Of a stretch of 52,409 nt of DNA, positions 39,348 through 48,973 are shown in pieces. The translations under genes and the position numbers were made by a program. Positions within the stretch are counted from its first letter, which is position 1, and the number at the start of each line of letters is the position of its first letter. Source of the DNA: Candidatus Eiseniibacteriota bacterium (GTDB lineage: Bacteria; Eisenbacteria; RBG-16-71-46); assembly GCA_031370785.1 (NCBI GenBank), contig JANMQY010000029.1:1-52409 (forward strand), given 5' to 3'. The notes beneath the pieces are model-generated. The model made no database searches and was not told where the DNA came from. It saw only the letters and a program-made list of their open reading frames with translations.

Positions 39348-41353
39348 AGCCAGCGCTCCAGCCAGGCGTGCACCTCGCGGTACCAGAGCCGCGAGTTCTG
39401 GGGCTTGAGCACCCAGTGGTTCTCGTCAGGAAAGTACACCAGGCGCGCGGGCACGCCCTTGGCCTTGAGCACGCCATAGCATTCGAGGCCCTGCGTCACC
39501 GGCACGCGGAAGTCGCGCTCGCCGTGAATCACCAGCATCGGAGTGCGAAAGCCCTCCGCGGCGTGCGCGGGGTTGCAGCGATGGATGCCCTCGATGTTGT
39601 CCCACGGCTCTCCGCCAAACGACAGGTTCCTGCCCTGGGTCACGTCGCTCGCGTACTGCGAAAGCGTGTTGTAGACGCCCGCGTGGTTGACGATGCAGCG
39701 GAAGCGGTCGGTGTGCCCTTCGATCCACGAGGCCATGAAGCCTCCGTACGAACCGCCGGCCGCGGCCATGCGCTTCTCGTCCACCAGCCCGGCTGCGATC
39801 AGGACGTCGGTCGCGCGCATCACGTCTTCGAACGGGCGCTCCGCCCACTCGCCCTGAATTCGGCGCGCGAAGTCCTGGCCCCACGAGGTCGAGCCCTGGA
39901 AGTTGACCATCGCCGCCACGTATCCGGGCGCCGCAAACAGCTGGGCGTTCCAGCGCGCGTGAAAACTGTCGGCGCTGATCCCATGCGGGCCACCGTGGAT
40001 CACGTGGACCAGCGGGTACTTCTTCCCCGCCTCGTATCCGGGCGGCAGCACCACGTACATCTGGATGGTCTCGCCCTTCGCTCCCTCGAGCTGCATCTCG
40101 CGCACCTCGCCTGCCGCGAACTTCGCGGTGACCGGCTCGGTGAAGCGGGTCAGGCGGCTGACGCCGCGGCCGTCCGCCGCGCAGGTGTGGACCTCGGCGG
40201 GTGAGACCAGCGTCTGCAGGCTGAAGAGGATCCTTCCGTCGGGCGCGAGGTCGAACCCTCCGGTCGATCCGCCGCGCACCAGGCGCGTCGGATCGGTCGA
40301 CCCGCTCTTGAGCGAGAAGATGCTGACACGCCCTTCCTGCTCCGCCTCGAACACGATCGTTCCGTCCGACGCGAACTCCCAGTGCATCGGCGACAGATCC
40401 CATTCGGTGAGGAGCGGCGCGTGCGCTTTCGAGACGCGATCGAAGCGCATCAGGCGCATGCGATCGGCGTAGAACAACGGCTCCAGCTGCTGGCCGTAGA
40501 GAATGCTCCTGCCATCCGGGCTGTAGCGCGGGCGAAGTTCGTCGGTGGCGCGGTCGGGCGTGAGGCACGTGATCGTGCCGCCCGAAACCGGCACCGTGAA
40601 CAGGGCGCTGCGCATCTGGGAACGTGTTTCATCGAACACCAGCCCGCCGAATGCGACCTCGGCTCCGTCGGGCGAGATGTCGTACTGGCCGCTCGGCTCC
40701 ATCAGGTCGAACCAGGCAACGTTTTCGGGCGTGAGATCGCGCACCGCGCCGCTCGCGATGTCCAGCAGGAACAGATGGGGCACCTCGCCGGTGGTGAGCC
40801 ACGTGTCCCAGTAGCGGAAGATGCGATCTTCCGTGATGTGCGCCTTGACCGGATCCTTGTCGCGCCGCTCGAGCTCGGCGGCGGTCGCCTCGGGCGTGAG
40901 GTGACCCTTGAGCACTGGCGAGACGAAGATCAGCCCCGAGCCGTCGGGAAGCCACCTGGGATCGAACGCGCCGAGCGGAAGCTCCGTCATCCGCCGCGCT
41001 TCTCCGCCTGCGAGCGGCAGGAGATGGATCTGGCCCTTGCCGCCGGGCGCTCCGTCCTTGCGCACGAACGCGAGCTGGCCTCCGTCCGGCGAAAACGCGG
41101 GCTCGCTGCTCGAGACCTCGCCAGAGGTCAGCGGCGTCGCTTCACCGTACGCCGCATTCACCCGCCAGATCCGGCTCGTGCCGCGATTCTTCTCCATGTC
41201 GTAGGTGGTGACCGCGACCGCGAGCTGCGTTCCATCCGGGGAGACCACCGGCGCGGCGACTCGCGGGATCGACCACAGGTCCTCGGCGGTCATGGGACGC
41301 GGGCCGTTGCGGGCGGGATAGAGCGTGGTGGCGGGCGTGGTCATCACGGACAT
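39344..41353 (-). CDS. S9 family peptidase (acylaminoacyl/dipeptidyl peptidase)
   Basis: SPDG propeller repeats; IHGGP, GGSYGG (Ser), HGERDFRV (Asp), PDENHWV (His); no signal peptide. Confidence 0.95.
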   Translation of the reverse strand: MSVMTTPATTLYPARNGPRPMTAEDLWSIPRVAAPVVSPDGTQLAVAVTTYDMEKNRGTSRIWRVNAAYGEATPLTSGEVSSSEPAFSPDGGQLAFVRKDGAPGGKGQIHLLPLAGGEARRMTELPLGAFDPRWLPDGSGLIFVSPVLKGHLTPEATAAELERRDKDPVKAHITEDRIFRYWDTWLTTGEVPHLFLLDIASGAVRDLTPENVAWFDLMEPSGQYDISPDGAEVAFGGLVFDETRSQMRSALFTVPVSGGTITCLTPDRATDELRPRYSPDGRSILYGQQLEPLFYADRMRLMRFDRVSKAHAPLLTEWDLSPMHWEFASDGTIVFEAEQEGRVSIFSLKSGSTDPTRLVRGGSTGGFDLAPDGRILFSLQTLVSPAEVHTCAADGRGVSRLTRFTEPVTAKFAAGEVREMQLEGAKGETIQMYVVLPPGYEAGKKYPLVHVIHGGPHGISADSFHARWNAQLFAAPGYVAAMVNFQGSTSWGQDFARRIQGEWAERPFEDVMRATDVLIAAGLVDEKRMAAAGGSYGGFMASWIEGHTDRFRCIVNHAGVYNTLSQYASDVTQGRNLSFGGEPWDNIEGIHRCNPAHAAEGFRTPMLVIHGERDFRVPVTQGLECYGVLKAKGVPARLVYFPDENHWVLKPQNSRLWYREVHAWLERWL

Positions 41354-41478
41354 GGCGCGATCTCCTCGAGGGGTGAAGGTCGTACGAGGCGCGAAGTCTA
41401 TCAGCGCGAGGCGTGCGCCGGAAAACACAACCGCGCACGACCGGATGGCCGCGCGCGGTGTTCACTCGCGTCGAACGA

Positions 41479-44400
41479 TTATCGGATCACCACCGCCCGG
41501 CGGGTGAGTGAGCGTCCGTGCTGGGTGAGTCGCACCAGATAGACGCCGGCCCGCAGTGTCGTCGCCTCCCCGAACTCGACCGTCTGCGCTCCGGCCTGCG
41601 CCGCGTGCACCTCACGCGAGGCCACCCGCCGTCCGCTCACGTCCAGCACCTCGACCCGCGCCGGTGCAAGGTCCGGCAGCGAGAACATCACATGCAGCGA
41701 GCGCACCGCCGGGTTCGGGCGCGCGCCGGCCAGCGCGAACTCCGCGCGCAGCGGCACCTCGACCGTGACCTCACCGCCGAAGGTCTCGGCCCCCTCCTCG
41801 ATCCACCCCAGCCGATACTCGTACGTGGTCCCCGCGATCACGTCGCGGTCCTCGAGCGTCAGTCGCCCGGTGCCGTCGGCGCGCAGCGTGCGTAGCGCCC
41901 GCCACCCCGAGCCGAGGTCGCGCCGATAGACGGTGACCGAGAGCCCCGCGCCCTGCGCCGCGTACCACTCGATGCGCACCCGGTCCGGCTCGGCCTCGCT
42001 CGAGACCATCGCCAGCGTGGTCGGGGTTGCCAGATCAACGCTGAGATGCTGGGCGTACACGCGGTCGCCATCGAAGCGCGGATCCTGCCAGATGATGTAC
42101 GCGCCGTTTGCGCCGTCCGAGAACACCGAGGGCTGGCTCTGATCCGCCGCCGCGCCGCACAAGCGGTTTCCGTTTTCCGACCATCCGGATGGCAGGTGGC
42201 CCGAGGCATCACGGAGCGCGCAGTACAGATCCGATTCACCCCTGCGGCGATCCTCCCAGCATGCCAGCAGCGAGTGTCCGATGACCGTCGCCGCGCGGGA
42301 GGCGGTCTGCCGCCCGATTTCCGTACAGAGCGGAAGGCCGGTGGCGTTCCATCCCGGCGCGATCGCTCCATTCCCGAGAACTCGCGACGCGTAGATGTCC
42401 TGCCCGCCGCCTCGCTGATCCACCCACACGAAATATCCGCCGCCCGTGCCGTCGGCGATCACGCTCGTGAGCTCTGTGACGGTGGGCTGCGCGCAGACGT
42501 CGGTGGTCCAGGTCGAGGCCCCGGAATCGTCCAGGCGGCGGGCGTAGATGGTGCCCGGAAGCCGGCTTTCGGCGAGGAACGCTCCACCGGCCCCATCCGG
42601 TGCGAGAGCGGAACCGGGAGAGAGCGAGAAGTCATGCTGCTGCCAGTCGAGCGCGCCGTTGCTGACGCCCGCGAAGCTGACGCCCTGCGCGTCGAGAGTA
42701 TCGCTGGCACCCGGAAGCCGGTTGAATGACCAGCTCACGATCGCACCTCCGGCGCCATCCGCGACGAGGTGCGGGGAGGAATAGATGAAGTCCGGGCCAC
42801 CGGTCAGCGCAACGCCATCGGCCGGCCAGCCGGGCGCCGGCGCGGCCGATCCGGTGAGGTGATACACCATGATCTGGGGCATGTCCGAGCGGATTTCCAG
42901 GGTCGCATAGAGTGCTCCGCCGCTCCCATCCGGGGCGACCGAGAACGCGGACTGCAGATTACCAGGATGGAGCGGGACGCCGTTCTCGGTCCACCCGGGC
43001 GGGATCGAAGCGTTTGGGAGCAGGCGAAGGGTGTAGACCTGCTCCGCGAGGAAGCGAGCGTCGGTCCAGGTGACGATGCAGCCACCAGTCCCATCCGCAA
43101 TGACGTTTGCGTCCAGTTGATCTCCGGTCGCAATGCAGACGCGACGTCCGCTGGCGGGCCAGCCCGGGACCGGGTCACCGTTCGAGCCGAGGTGCATGAG
43201 GTAAAGGTCGGTCTGCAGGCCGTTCCGATGGTCCTGCCACACCACGTAGGCGCCTCCGGTGCCGTCGCCGACTCCGACCGGCGAACGCTGCAGCGATCGC
43301 GTGAGACAGACCCGCTTTCCATCCACGTCCCAGTCGCCGAGGTTCACGATCGGCGGCTGAGGCGGGGCCGCAAATGGATCGACGGTGCAGCCGGTCCGGC
43401 ACACGGTGAGCGAATCAGTCGAAAAATTCACCGTGATCAGGTCCATGACGCCGAGCGCCGAAACCGGGACGATGGCGAGGCCAAAAGCTACCTCGTGCAG
43501 CGGCAGGTGCTGGACCGGGAAGAATTTCGGCTGGCCATCCACCGGCACATACCCCTTCACGAACGTGATCTCGCTGCCGGACGATCGTCCGGCGACCGCA
43601 ATGTCCAGCACACCGTCGCTGTCGATGTCCGCGACCGCGACGTGGGCCGCGCCGCCCGGGATGTCGATCGGTGGGGTGGCCAGAAGCGTCACACTTCCCG
43701 GAGCGTCCGGAAGATTGACCATGATCGAGATCTGCGAAGTGCCGATGTCCGCCACGATCAGATCCGGCCTGCCGTCGTAGGTCACGTCGGCGGCGACCAC
43801 GTCCCACGGGCGCGTATCGCTGCATGCGGGGCCCGTGCAGTAGGTGACGGCCCGGTCGAAGCGCGCGTCGGGATTCCCGGCGGTCTTGAGCCCTCGCAGA
43901 ATCGCGACCATCCTCATTTCGTTGAGCGTCACCGCGAGATCCTGCGCGCCGTCGCCATCGAGATCGGCTATGGCGAGCGATGCCGCGCGGTTCGCTGGCA
44001 GCGGATACAGAGTGGCGGCGCCGAATGCTCCATTCCCGATGCCGCCAGTACCCTGCCCGAGCAGGATCGAAACGCTCGGAGTGCCGTTGCTCAGCACCGC
44101 GAGATCCTGGATGTGGTCGCCGTTCAGGTCCGCGGCGCGCAGCGCAAAGCCGTCCACGCCGCACGGGTAGTAGGCAGGAGGCTGGAAATCGATCGACGGC
44201 GAGCTTCCGATCGCCCGGTTGATCAGGATCGCGACCCGGCTGAGCGCGTAGTCGCTCACCGCGAGATCGGCGCGTCCGTCGCCGTTGAAGTCTCGGGTGA
44301 CGATCGAGAACGGTTTCGCGCCCGCGCCCAGTGAATAGGATTGGCGGACGCCCAGCGCGCCATCGGCCCCGCGCAGGATGATCGTGAGGTTGGCGCCGTC

Positions 44401-45870
44401 CGCCGGACCGTTGAAGGCGCTGTTCGCGATCGCCAGGTCGGCAACGCCGTCGCCATTGAAGTCGGCCGAGCCGAGGCCATGCGGATTGCGGCCCGCCGCG
44501 GCCAGCGTTGCCGAAGCGAGTCCGAGTGACTGGCCCGAAGGGCAACCCGTGTAAGGCGTCGGGGTCGGTAGCGGCGGAGGAACGTGCGGCGGTTCGGGGA
44601 TGAACGTGCTGATGGTCGGACAGCCATCGACCATGATCGACATTCTGCCGGCGAAGGGATTCGCGATGAGCAGGTCCGGCAGTGCATCACCATTGAGCGG
44701 CACAGCGAGAATCGCCAGCGGGGCCGCGCCGAGCGCGTACGATCCGGTCGAACTGAAGGTCCCGTTCCAGTTCCCGGCGCTTCCGCCGCCGCAAAGGATC
44801 TCGACCGATTCCCGGTCGACGAGCGTGGCCGCAATGTCGAGAATTCCGTCCACGTCGAAATCCGCGACGGCCACTCCGCCGGGCTGTCCCGCGACGCCGG
44901 TCCCCGATGCAGGAGAAAAGGTGCCGTTGCCGCGCCCGGCCGATCCGCTTCCGAGCAGGGAGTAGACGGTCGAGTTCGGGCCGCTCGCGACGATCAGGTC
45001 CTGGATCCCGTCGCGATTCAGATCGGCAACCGCGACCGCGGACGGCGCGCTGCCCGCCGGGTACTTGACGGCGGGATTGAAGCCGGCGCCGCCGACTCCG
45101 TTGGGTTCAATGCCGAGCATCACCGCAACACTTCCCTCGCCTTTCACGGAGAACACGAGGTCGGGAATCCCGTTCGAGTCGAAATCTCCGGTCGCCATCG
45201 TCACCGGCAGACTTCCCACGCTCATGCCCAGAATCCGGGTAAACGTTCCATTCGGAGCGCCGCCGGTACCGAGGCCGCGGAAGACGACGAAGCCCGCGAC
45301 ATCCGGAGTCAGAAGGATCAGATCGAGTATTCGATCGCCGGTGAGCTCTGCGGCAATGATCGCGCTCACGGAGTGGGCCGTTCCCGGAATCGTGAACCTC
45401 TCCGGAGCCCTAAACGTTCCGTTTCCCTGACCTGGCGAGCCCAGGCCAAAGAACAGTGTCACGGTCGCCGAATTGGACGCGCACACGGCGAGATCGAGGA
45501 TTCGGTCGCCGTTGAAGTCTCCGCTCGCGATCCCGCTTGCGGTGAGCTTGCCTCCCGTGACCCCGGTCAGCGGCAGGTCGGACTCGGTGAGGAACGCGGC
45601 ATCTCCGGGCACTGCGCGGGCGGACTGCAGGTGAATGGCGACCTTGCCGAATCCCCCCACGACGACATCGAGCATGCCGTCGCCGTTGAGGTCGGTGACA
45701 AACATGGTCGACGGCTGAAGGGCGGTGCCGAACGCCATCGCGATCGGTGGGAACGTCCCGGGCGGGCAATCGGCTCCGACGGCTCGAGGAGCCGCAAAGG
45801 CGAGGACCGCGCCCAGTGCGAGATGACGAGTCAGGGTCAGGAGAGACGGCGGCGAAGAGAGGAGCCTCAG
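41479..45870 (-). CDS. Large secreted FG-GAP/VCBS repeat protein with DGxGG/WxDxR propeller and T9SS-like CTD
   Basis: D(F/L)NGDG..DL repeats; Pro-rich linkers; DGTGG..VVWQDHR repeats; CTD PNP..DVSGRRV..GVYLVRL...RRAVVIR. Frame extends upstream of ATG 45738 to a CTG at 45870 that adds a signal peptide. Confidence 0.85.
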   Translation of the reverse strand: MRLLSSPPSLLTLTRHLALGAVLAFAAPRAVGADCPPGTFPPIAMAFGTALQPSTMFVTDLNGDGMLDVVVGGFGKVAIHLQSARAVPGDAAFLTESDLPLTGVTGGKLTASGIASGDFNGDRILDLAVCASNSATVTLFFGLGSPGQGNGTFRAPERFTIPGTAHSVSAIIAAELTGDRILDLILLTPDVAGFVVFRGLGTGGAPNGTFTRILGMSVGSLPVTMATGDFDSNGIPDLVFSVKGEGSVAVMLGIEPNGVGGAGFNPAVKYPAGSAPSAVAVADLNRDGIQDLIVASGPNSTVYSLLGSGSAGRGNGTFSPASGTGVAGQPGGVAVADFDVDGILDIAATLVDRESVEILCGGGSAGNWNGTFSSTGSYALGAAPLAILAVPLNGDALPDLLIANPFAGRMSIMVDGCPTISTFIPEPPHVPPPLPTPTPYTGCPSGQSLGLASATLAAAGRNPHGLGSADFNGDGVADLAIANSAFNGPADGANLTIILRGADGALGVRQSYSLGAGAKPFSIVTRDFNGDGRADLAVSDYALSRVAILINRAIGSSPSIDFQPPAYYPCGVDGFALRAADLNGDHIQDLAVLSNGTPSVSILLGQGTGGIGNGAFGAATLYPLPANRAASLAIADLDGDGAQDLAVTLNEMRMVAILRGLKTAGNPDARFDRAVTYCTGPACSDTRPWDVVAADVTYDGRPDLIVADIGTSQISIMVNLPDAPGSVTLLATPPIDIPGGAAHVAVADIDSDGVLDIAVAGRSSGSEITFVKGYVPVDGQPKFFPVQHLPLHEVAFGLAIVPVSALGVMDLITVNFSTDSLTVCRTGCTVDPFAAPPQPPIVNLGDWDVDGKRVCLTRSLQRSPVGVGDGTGGAYVVWQDHRNGLQTDLYLMHLGSNGDPVPGWPASGRRVCIATGDQLDANVIADGTGGCIVTWTDARFLAEQVYTLRLLPNASIPPGWTENGVPLHPGNLQSAFSVAPDGSGGALYATLEIRSDMPQIMVYHLTGSAAPAPGWPADGVALTGGPDFIYSSPHLVADGAGGAIVSWSFNRLPGASDTLDAQGVSFAGVSNGALDWQQHDFSLSPGSALAPDGAGGAFLAESRLPGTIYARRLDDSGASTWTTDVCAQPTVTELTSVIADGTGGGYFVWVDQRGGGQDIYASRVLGNGAIAPGWNATGLPLCTEIGRQTASRAATVIGHSLLACWEDRRRGESDLYCALRDASGHLPSGWSENGNRLCGAAADQSQPSVFSDGANGAYIIWQDPRFDGDRVYAQHLSVDLATPTTLAMVSSEAEPDRVRIEWYAAQGAGLSVTVYRRDLGSGWRALRTLRADGTGRLTLEDRDVIAGTTYEYRLGWIEEGAETFGGEVTVEVPLRAEFALAGARPNPAVRSLHVMFSLPDLAPARVEVLDVSGRRVASREVHAAQAGAQTVEFGEATTLRAGVYLVRLTQHGRSLTRRAVVIR

Positions 45871-46010
45871 AGGGGCCTCCCGCGTATCAGGGCCGGGGGA
45901 TCGGCGGACCCGAGATTAACACCGCCCCCGAGTATCCGGCTCACGAAATCTGCGCTATGCTGCCGCGTTCGTTGGCCCTGACTGAACTCAGCGGAGGATC
46001 ACGCGCCACC

Positions 46011-48809
46011 ATGAGCACCGACACACCCGAGACCAAAACCGCGCAGCCCGGCGCCACGCAGCCAGGCGCCACGCAGCCCGGCGCCCCGCCGTACCGCGAT
46101 CGGCGCGAAAGCGAGCGCTTTCAGCTGGGCATGCTGGGAGGCTTCAAGCGCCAGCTCCCCGACTCCGACCCGACCGAGACCCAGGAGTGGATCGACGCGC
46201 TGGACGCGATCGTGGAGAAGCAGGGCCGGGAGCGCGCCGACTTCCTGCTGCGGCGCCTGCTCAAGCGGGCGCGCCAGCTGCGCGTCGGACTGCCTGGGCT
46301 CGTGCAGTCGCGCTACATCAATACCATCTCGCCCGAGCAGGAACCGCCGTTTCCGGGCGACGAGGCCGTGGAGCTGCGCATCCGCCGCATCATCCGCTGG
46401 AACGCGGTGGTCATGGTGCTGCGCGCGAATCAGCTGTTCTCTGGGCTGGGTGGACACCTCTCGACCTACGCTTCCGCCGCGAGCCTGTATGAAGTGGGGT
46501 TCAACCATTTCTTCCGCGGCAAGGACCAGGGGCAGGCCGGCGACCAGATCTTCTATCAGGGCCATGCTGCGCCCGGCATGTACGCGCGCGCGTTCCTCGA
46601 GGGCCGGCTCACCGAGTCACAGCTCGATCACTTCCGCCGCGAAGTCGTGCGCGGACAGGGCCTGTCGTCGTATCCGCACCCGCGCCTCATGCCCGACTTC
46701 TGGGAATTCCCGACGGTCTCGATGGGCCTGGGGCCGATCAACGCGATCTATCAGGCGCGCTTCAACCGCTATCTGCATGCGCGCGGCATCGCCGATACCT
46801 CGAACTCGCGGGTCTGGGCATTCCTCGGTGACGGCGAGACCGACGAGCCGGAAGCCGTCGGCGCACTCACGCTGGCGGCACGCGACGGCCTCGACAACCT
46901 GACCTTCGTCATCAATTGCAACCTGCAGCGGCTCGATGGGCCGGTGCGCGGCAACGGCAAGATCATCCAGGAGCTGGAAGCGATCTTCACCGGCGCCGGA
47001 TGGAACGTGATCAAGGTGATCTGGGCGCGCGAGTGGGACACGCTGTTCGCCCGGGACTATGACGGCCTGCTGGTGGACCGCATGAACGAGACCGTCGACG
47101 GCGACTGGCTCAAGTACTCGGTCGAGAGCGGCGCGTACATCCGCCAGCATTTCTTCGGCACCGACCCGAGGCTGCTCAAGATGGTCGAGGACATGAGCGA
47201 CGAGGACATCAAGCGTCTGCGCCGCGGCGGGCACGACTACCGCAAGCTGTACGCCGCCTACAGCGCGGCGGTCACGCATCGCGGGCAGCCGACCGTCATC
47301 CTCGCGCAGACGGTGAAGGGCTGGACGCTCGGATCGGGCGCCGAGGCCCGCAACATGACGCACCAGATGAAGAAGATGAAGACCGACGAGCTGAAGAAGT
47401 TCCGCGACCGGCTCGAGCTGCCGATCTCGGACCGCCAGCTCGAGGACCCGCCCTACTACCATCCGGGCAAGGACAGCGCCGACGTGCAGTACATGCTCGA
47501 GCGCCGCCGCGCCCTGGGCGGCATGATTCCCAAGCGCGCGCCGCGCTCGAAGGCTCTTCCGGCGCCGACGCAGAAGGTGTTCGCCGAATTCTCGGCCGGC
47601 ACCGGAGAGAACCAGGCGGTGTCCACGACCATGGTTTTCGCGAAGCTGCTGCGCAATCTGCTTCGCGATCCCGCCTACGGCAAGCGCGTGGTCCCGATCA
47701 TTCCCGACGAGGCGCGAACCTTCGGCATGGAAGTGCTGTTCCGCGAGATCGGCATCTACGCTCCGCACGGCCAGAAGTACGATCCGGTCGATTCCAAGGT
47801 TGTGCTCTCATACACCGAGAAGCCGGACGGCCAGCTGCTCGAAGAAGGAATCACCGAGAGCGGCTCGATGGCCTCGTTCACCGCGGCGGGAACCAGCTAC
47901 GCAACCCACGCGCAGCCGATGATTCCCTTCTACATCTTCTACTCGATGTTCGGCTTCCAGCGCACCGGGGACTTGATGTGGGCATTCGGCGACGCGCGCG
48001 GCCGCGGCTTCCTGCTCGGCGCGACTGCGGGCCGCACCACGCTCAACGGCGAGGGCCTGCAGCACGAGGACGGACACAGCCACGTGCTGATGTCGGTCAT
48101 ACCGAACGTGGTCGCCTACGACCCCGCGTTCGCATACGAGGTCGCGACCATCATCAAGGATGGCCTCAGGCGAATGTATGTGGATGGCGAAGACATCTTC
48201 TACTACCTGACGCTCTACAATCAGGACTACCCGATGCCGCCGATGCCGATCGGCTGCGAAGAGGGAATCCTGCGCGGGATGTATCTCTATCGCTCCGCGG
48301 TGCAGCAGGCCAGGCACCGCGCGCAACTGATGGGCAGCGGGGTGATCCTGCTCGAGGCGCTGCGCGCCCAGGAGATCCTCGCGCAGAAGTTCGACGTTGC
48401 CGCCGACGTGTGGAGCGTGACCAGCTACCAGCAGCTGCGCAACGAGGCGCTCTCGACCGAGCGCTGGAATCGCCTGCATCCGACGCAGCCCGCGCGCGTG
48501 CCGCTCGTGACCCGCACCCTCGAATCGGCAGCCGGTCCGATCGTGGCGGCGAGCGACTACCTGAAGTCACTGCCCGAGATGATCGCGCGCTGGGTTCCGC
48601 GGCCGTTCACGCCGCTCGGCACCGACGGGTTCGGCCGCAGCGACACGCGCGACGCGCTGCGCCGGCACTTCGAAGTGGACGCCGAGCACATCGTGGTCGC
48701 GACGCTCGGTGCGCTGATGCGCCAGGGCCAGGTCGAGCCGGGCGTTGTGACGAGCGCCATCAAGGAATTCGGCATCGATCCCGAGAAGGGCGACCCGAGA
48801 GAGGCGTGA
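46011..48809 (+). CDS. aceE: Pyruvate dehydrogenase E1, homodimeric type
   Basis: DPTETQEW, YINTI, GGHLSTYAS, GLSSYPHP, FPTVSMGLGP, GDGETDEPE, NCNLQRLDGPVRGN, PDEARTFGM, EGLQHEDGHS, GTDGFGRSDTR. Confidence 0.97.
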   Translation: MSTDTPETKTAQPGATQPGATQPGAPPYRDRRESERFQLGMLGGFKRQLPDSDPTETQEWIDALDAIVEKQGRERADFLLRRLLKRARQLRVGLPGLVQSRYINTISPEQEPPFPGDEAVELRIRRIIRWNAVVMVLRANQLFSGLGGHLSTYASAASLYEVGFNHFFRGKDQGQAGDQIFYQGHAAPGMYARAFLEGRLTESQLDHFRREVVRGQGLSSYPHPRLMPDFWEFPTVSMGLGPINAIYQARFNRYLHARGIADTSNSRVWAFLGDGETDEPEAVGALTLAARDGLDNLTFVINCNLQRLDGPVRGNGKIIQELEAIFTGAGWNVIKVIWAREWDTLFARDYDGLLVDRMNETVDGDWLKYSVESGAYIRQHFFGTDPRLLKMVEDMSDEDIKRLRRGGHDYRKLYAAYSAAVTHRGQPTVILAQTVKGWTLGSGAEARNMTHQMKKMKTDELKKFRDRLELPISDRQLEDPPYYHPGKDSADVQYMLERRRALGGMIPKRAPRSKALPAPTQKVFAEFSAGTGENQAVSTTMVFAKLLRNLLRDPAYGKRVVPIIPDEARTFGMEVLFREIGIYAPHGQKYDPVDSKVVLSYTEKPDGQLLEEGITESGSMASFTAAGTSYATHAQPMIPFYIFYSMFGFQRTGDLMWAFGDARGRGFLLGATAGRTTLNGEGLQHEDGHSHVLMSVIPNVVAYDPAFAYEVATIIKDGLRRMYVDGEDIFYYLTLYNQDYPMPPMPIGCEEGILRGMYLYRSAVQQARHRAQLMGSGVILLEALRAQEILAQKFDVAADVWSVTSYQQLRNEALSTERWNRLHPTQPARVPLVTRTLESAAGPIVAASDYLKSLPEMIARWVPRPFTPLGTDGFGRSDTRDALRRHFEVDAEHIVVATLGALMRQGQVEPGVVTSAIKEFGIDPEKGDPREA
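46042..46086 (+). repeat. 3x 15-nt tandem repeat in the aceE N-terminus (QPGAT)
   Basis: CGCAGCCCGGCGCCA CGCAGCCAGGCGCCA CGCAGCCCGGCGCCC. Confidence 0.9.
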
Positions 48810-48973
48810 CCTCGATTTCCCCTTGAGGTCACGCGGCGCCCGGGCGTAGGCTCCCTCTTCATCACCGGACCGGGGCCACTCCGGAGAATACTCCCACCTC
48901 ATATTTCAATACCCACCACTCCCCTCGCCTACGATTACCCACGACCGGGTCACCGAATGCGCAGGAGGAAGCG

